Of a stretch of DNA of 64,000 nt, positions 63,163 through 64,000 are shown one piece after another. This stretch comes from Candidatus Tayloriibacteriota bacterium (GTDB lineage Bacteria; Patescibacteriota; Minisyncoccia; Phycocordibacterales; HO2-43-120): NCBI GenBank assembly GCA_039934295.1, contig JBDTMN010000003.1:10625-74624 (forward strand). Direction: 5' to 3'. The position numbers were made by a program, and so were the translations under genes. Positions within the stretch are counted from its first letter, which is position 1. Each line of letters starts with the position of its first letter. Below the pieces are notes generated by a model. That model saw nothing but the letters and a program-made list of their open reading frames with translations, ran no database searches and was not told where the DNA came from.

Positions 63163-63510
63163 AAATTTAAGTCCCCCTTCCCTCGCTCCTTCCGCAACCG
63201 CTTTTACTTTCCCTGTATAAATAAAACCTGCCCGATCAAACACCGCTTTTCCGATTTTCTTCTCCTTGGCCTTCTTTGCGATTGTCTTCCCTACTTCTTT
63301 TGCCTTTTCCAACGTTGTGCCCTTTCCTATTTCTCCCGAGTTCGATTGGGCTAGTGTCGCTCCTTTGTCATCATCCACAAGCTGGGCATAGATATATTTG
63401 TTGGAGCGGTACACGACAAGCCGAGGAGCTTCCCCCGTTCCTTTGACCTTTGCGCGGATTCTTCGGTGTCGTCGTATTCTTTTGTCTTGTTTGGTATTCA
63501 TATTCATCAT
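63160..63510 (-). CDS. rplR: 50S ribosomal protein L18
   Basis: PRLVVYRSNKYIYAQ...VFDRAG..Y.GKVKA.AEGAREGGL. Confidence 0.96.
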   Translation of the reverse strand: MMNMNTKQDKRIRRHRRIRAKVKGTGEAPRLVVYRSNKYIYAQLVDDDKGATLAQSNSGEIGKGTTLEKAKEVGKTIAKKAKEKKIGKAVFDRAGFIYTGKVKAVAEGAREGGLKF

Positions 63511-63623
63511 ATAACATGTAGCCTGTAACCTGTCCTAAACCCGTCCGACGTGTCGGACTAGGGTAACGTCTGAGAAAGATCTTTCTTTTTCTTACGTTAC
63601 ACGTTACACGTTTTGCGTTACAT
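63511..63623. repeat. Family B element between rplF and rplR with a nested REP-like hairpin
   Basis: CCTA...GTCCGACGTGTCGGACTAGG inserted in the left arm. Confidence 0.7.
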
Positions 63624-63627
63624 GCCC

Positions 63628-64000
63628 CTACGCCGCTTTCTTCCCCTGCTTTCTCCGAATCACTTCATCGAACCCTCGTATGCCCTTTCCCTTATAGGGC
63701 TCCGGCAATTTCTGCGCTCTGACTTTCGCAACAAACTGGCCGACCAATTCTTTATCGATACCGGAAACAGTAATTATATTCTTTTCGGCCGTAACTTTTA
63801 AGCCCTGTGGGATTTTCAATGTTACCTGATGAGAGAAACCGAGACTCATGACTAAATCGCTCCCCTTGACCTCCGATTTGAACCCGATGCCCTCCACGAT
63901 AAGTTTTTTTTGAAACTCCTTATTCACTCCCTCAATCATACTCACGATTTCGGAGGCATACGTTCCCCAAAGCTTTAATGACTCTGTATCCTGCTCTCGG
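63628..64000 (-). CDS. rplF: 50S ribosomal protein L6 (5' end outside window)
   Basis: LGFSH...GIDKELVGQF...PEPYKGKGI. Confidence 0.96.
   Translation of the reverse strand, partial: REQDTESLKLWGTYASEIVSMIEGVNKEFQKKLIVEGIGFKSEVKGSDLVMSLGFSHQVTLKIPQGLKVTAEKNIITVSGIDKELVGQFVAKVRAQKLPEPYKGKGIRGFDEVIRRKQGKKAA

Noticed and set aside
1-64000. Alternative genetic code (UGA as Gly), prophage or diversity-generating retroelement
   Set aside because: TGA ends recR and other genes at the expected positions; no phage structural genes, reverse transcriptase or adenine-specific repeat pair were seen.

Overview
The window looks like a Patescibacteria (CPR, probably Parcubacteria) chromosome segment in the standard genetic code; this is inferred from gene content and the spc operon lacking rpmD. 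Housekeeping blocks are asnB (partial), rpmA, rplI, an S41 protease, cysS, dnaB, recR, infC-rpmI-rplT, ndk and the spc operon from rplF to map. Between them lies an accessory zone (about 10-44 kb) with a 2504-aa RHS protein carrying a C-terminal hydrolase, a sensor-kinase cluster, a repeat-delimited single-gene cassette array, a tRNA cluster and a giant fibre-like protein with an S74 chaperone domain. The main signals missed by the ORF track are: (1) a tRNA-Leu gene split by an intron-less cassette made of a LAGLIDADG endonuclease plus a different, complete tRNA-Leu(CAG); (2) two paralogous attenuators with an Ile-rich and a Leu-rich leader peptide on one shared antiterminator/terminator scaffold, upstream of unknown small genes; (3) a conserved structured element behind three different tRNAs, each holding an inverted and a direct copy of its own tRNA 3' end and a covarying 22-nt hairpin; (4) a cassette array next to tRNA-Asp; (5) group I introns in tRNA-Asp(GTC) and an initiator-like tRNA-Met; (6) a 6S-like RNA; (7) short palindromic repeat elements at every junction of the ribosomal-protein operons. 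All calls were made by eye, without database searches.
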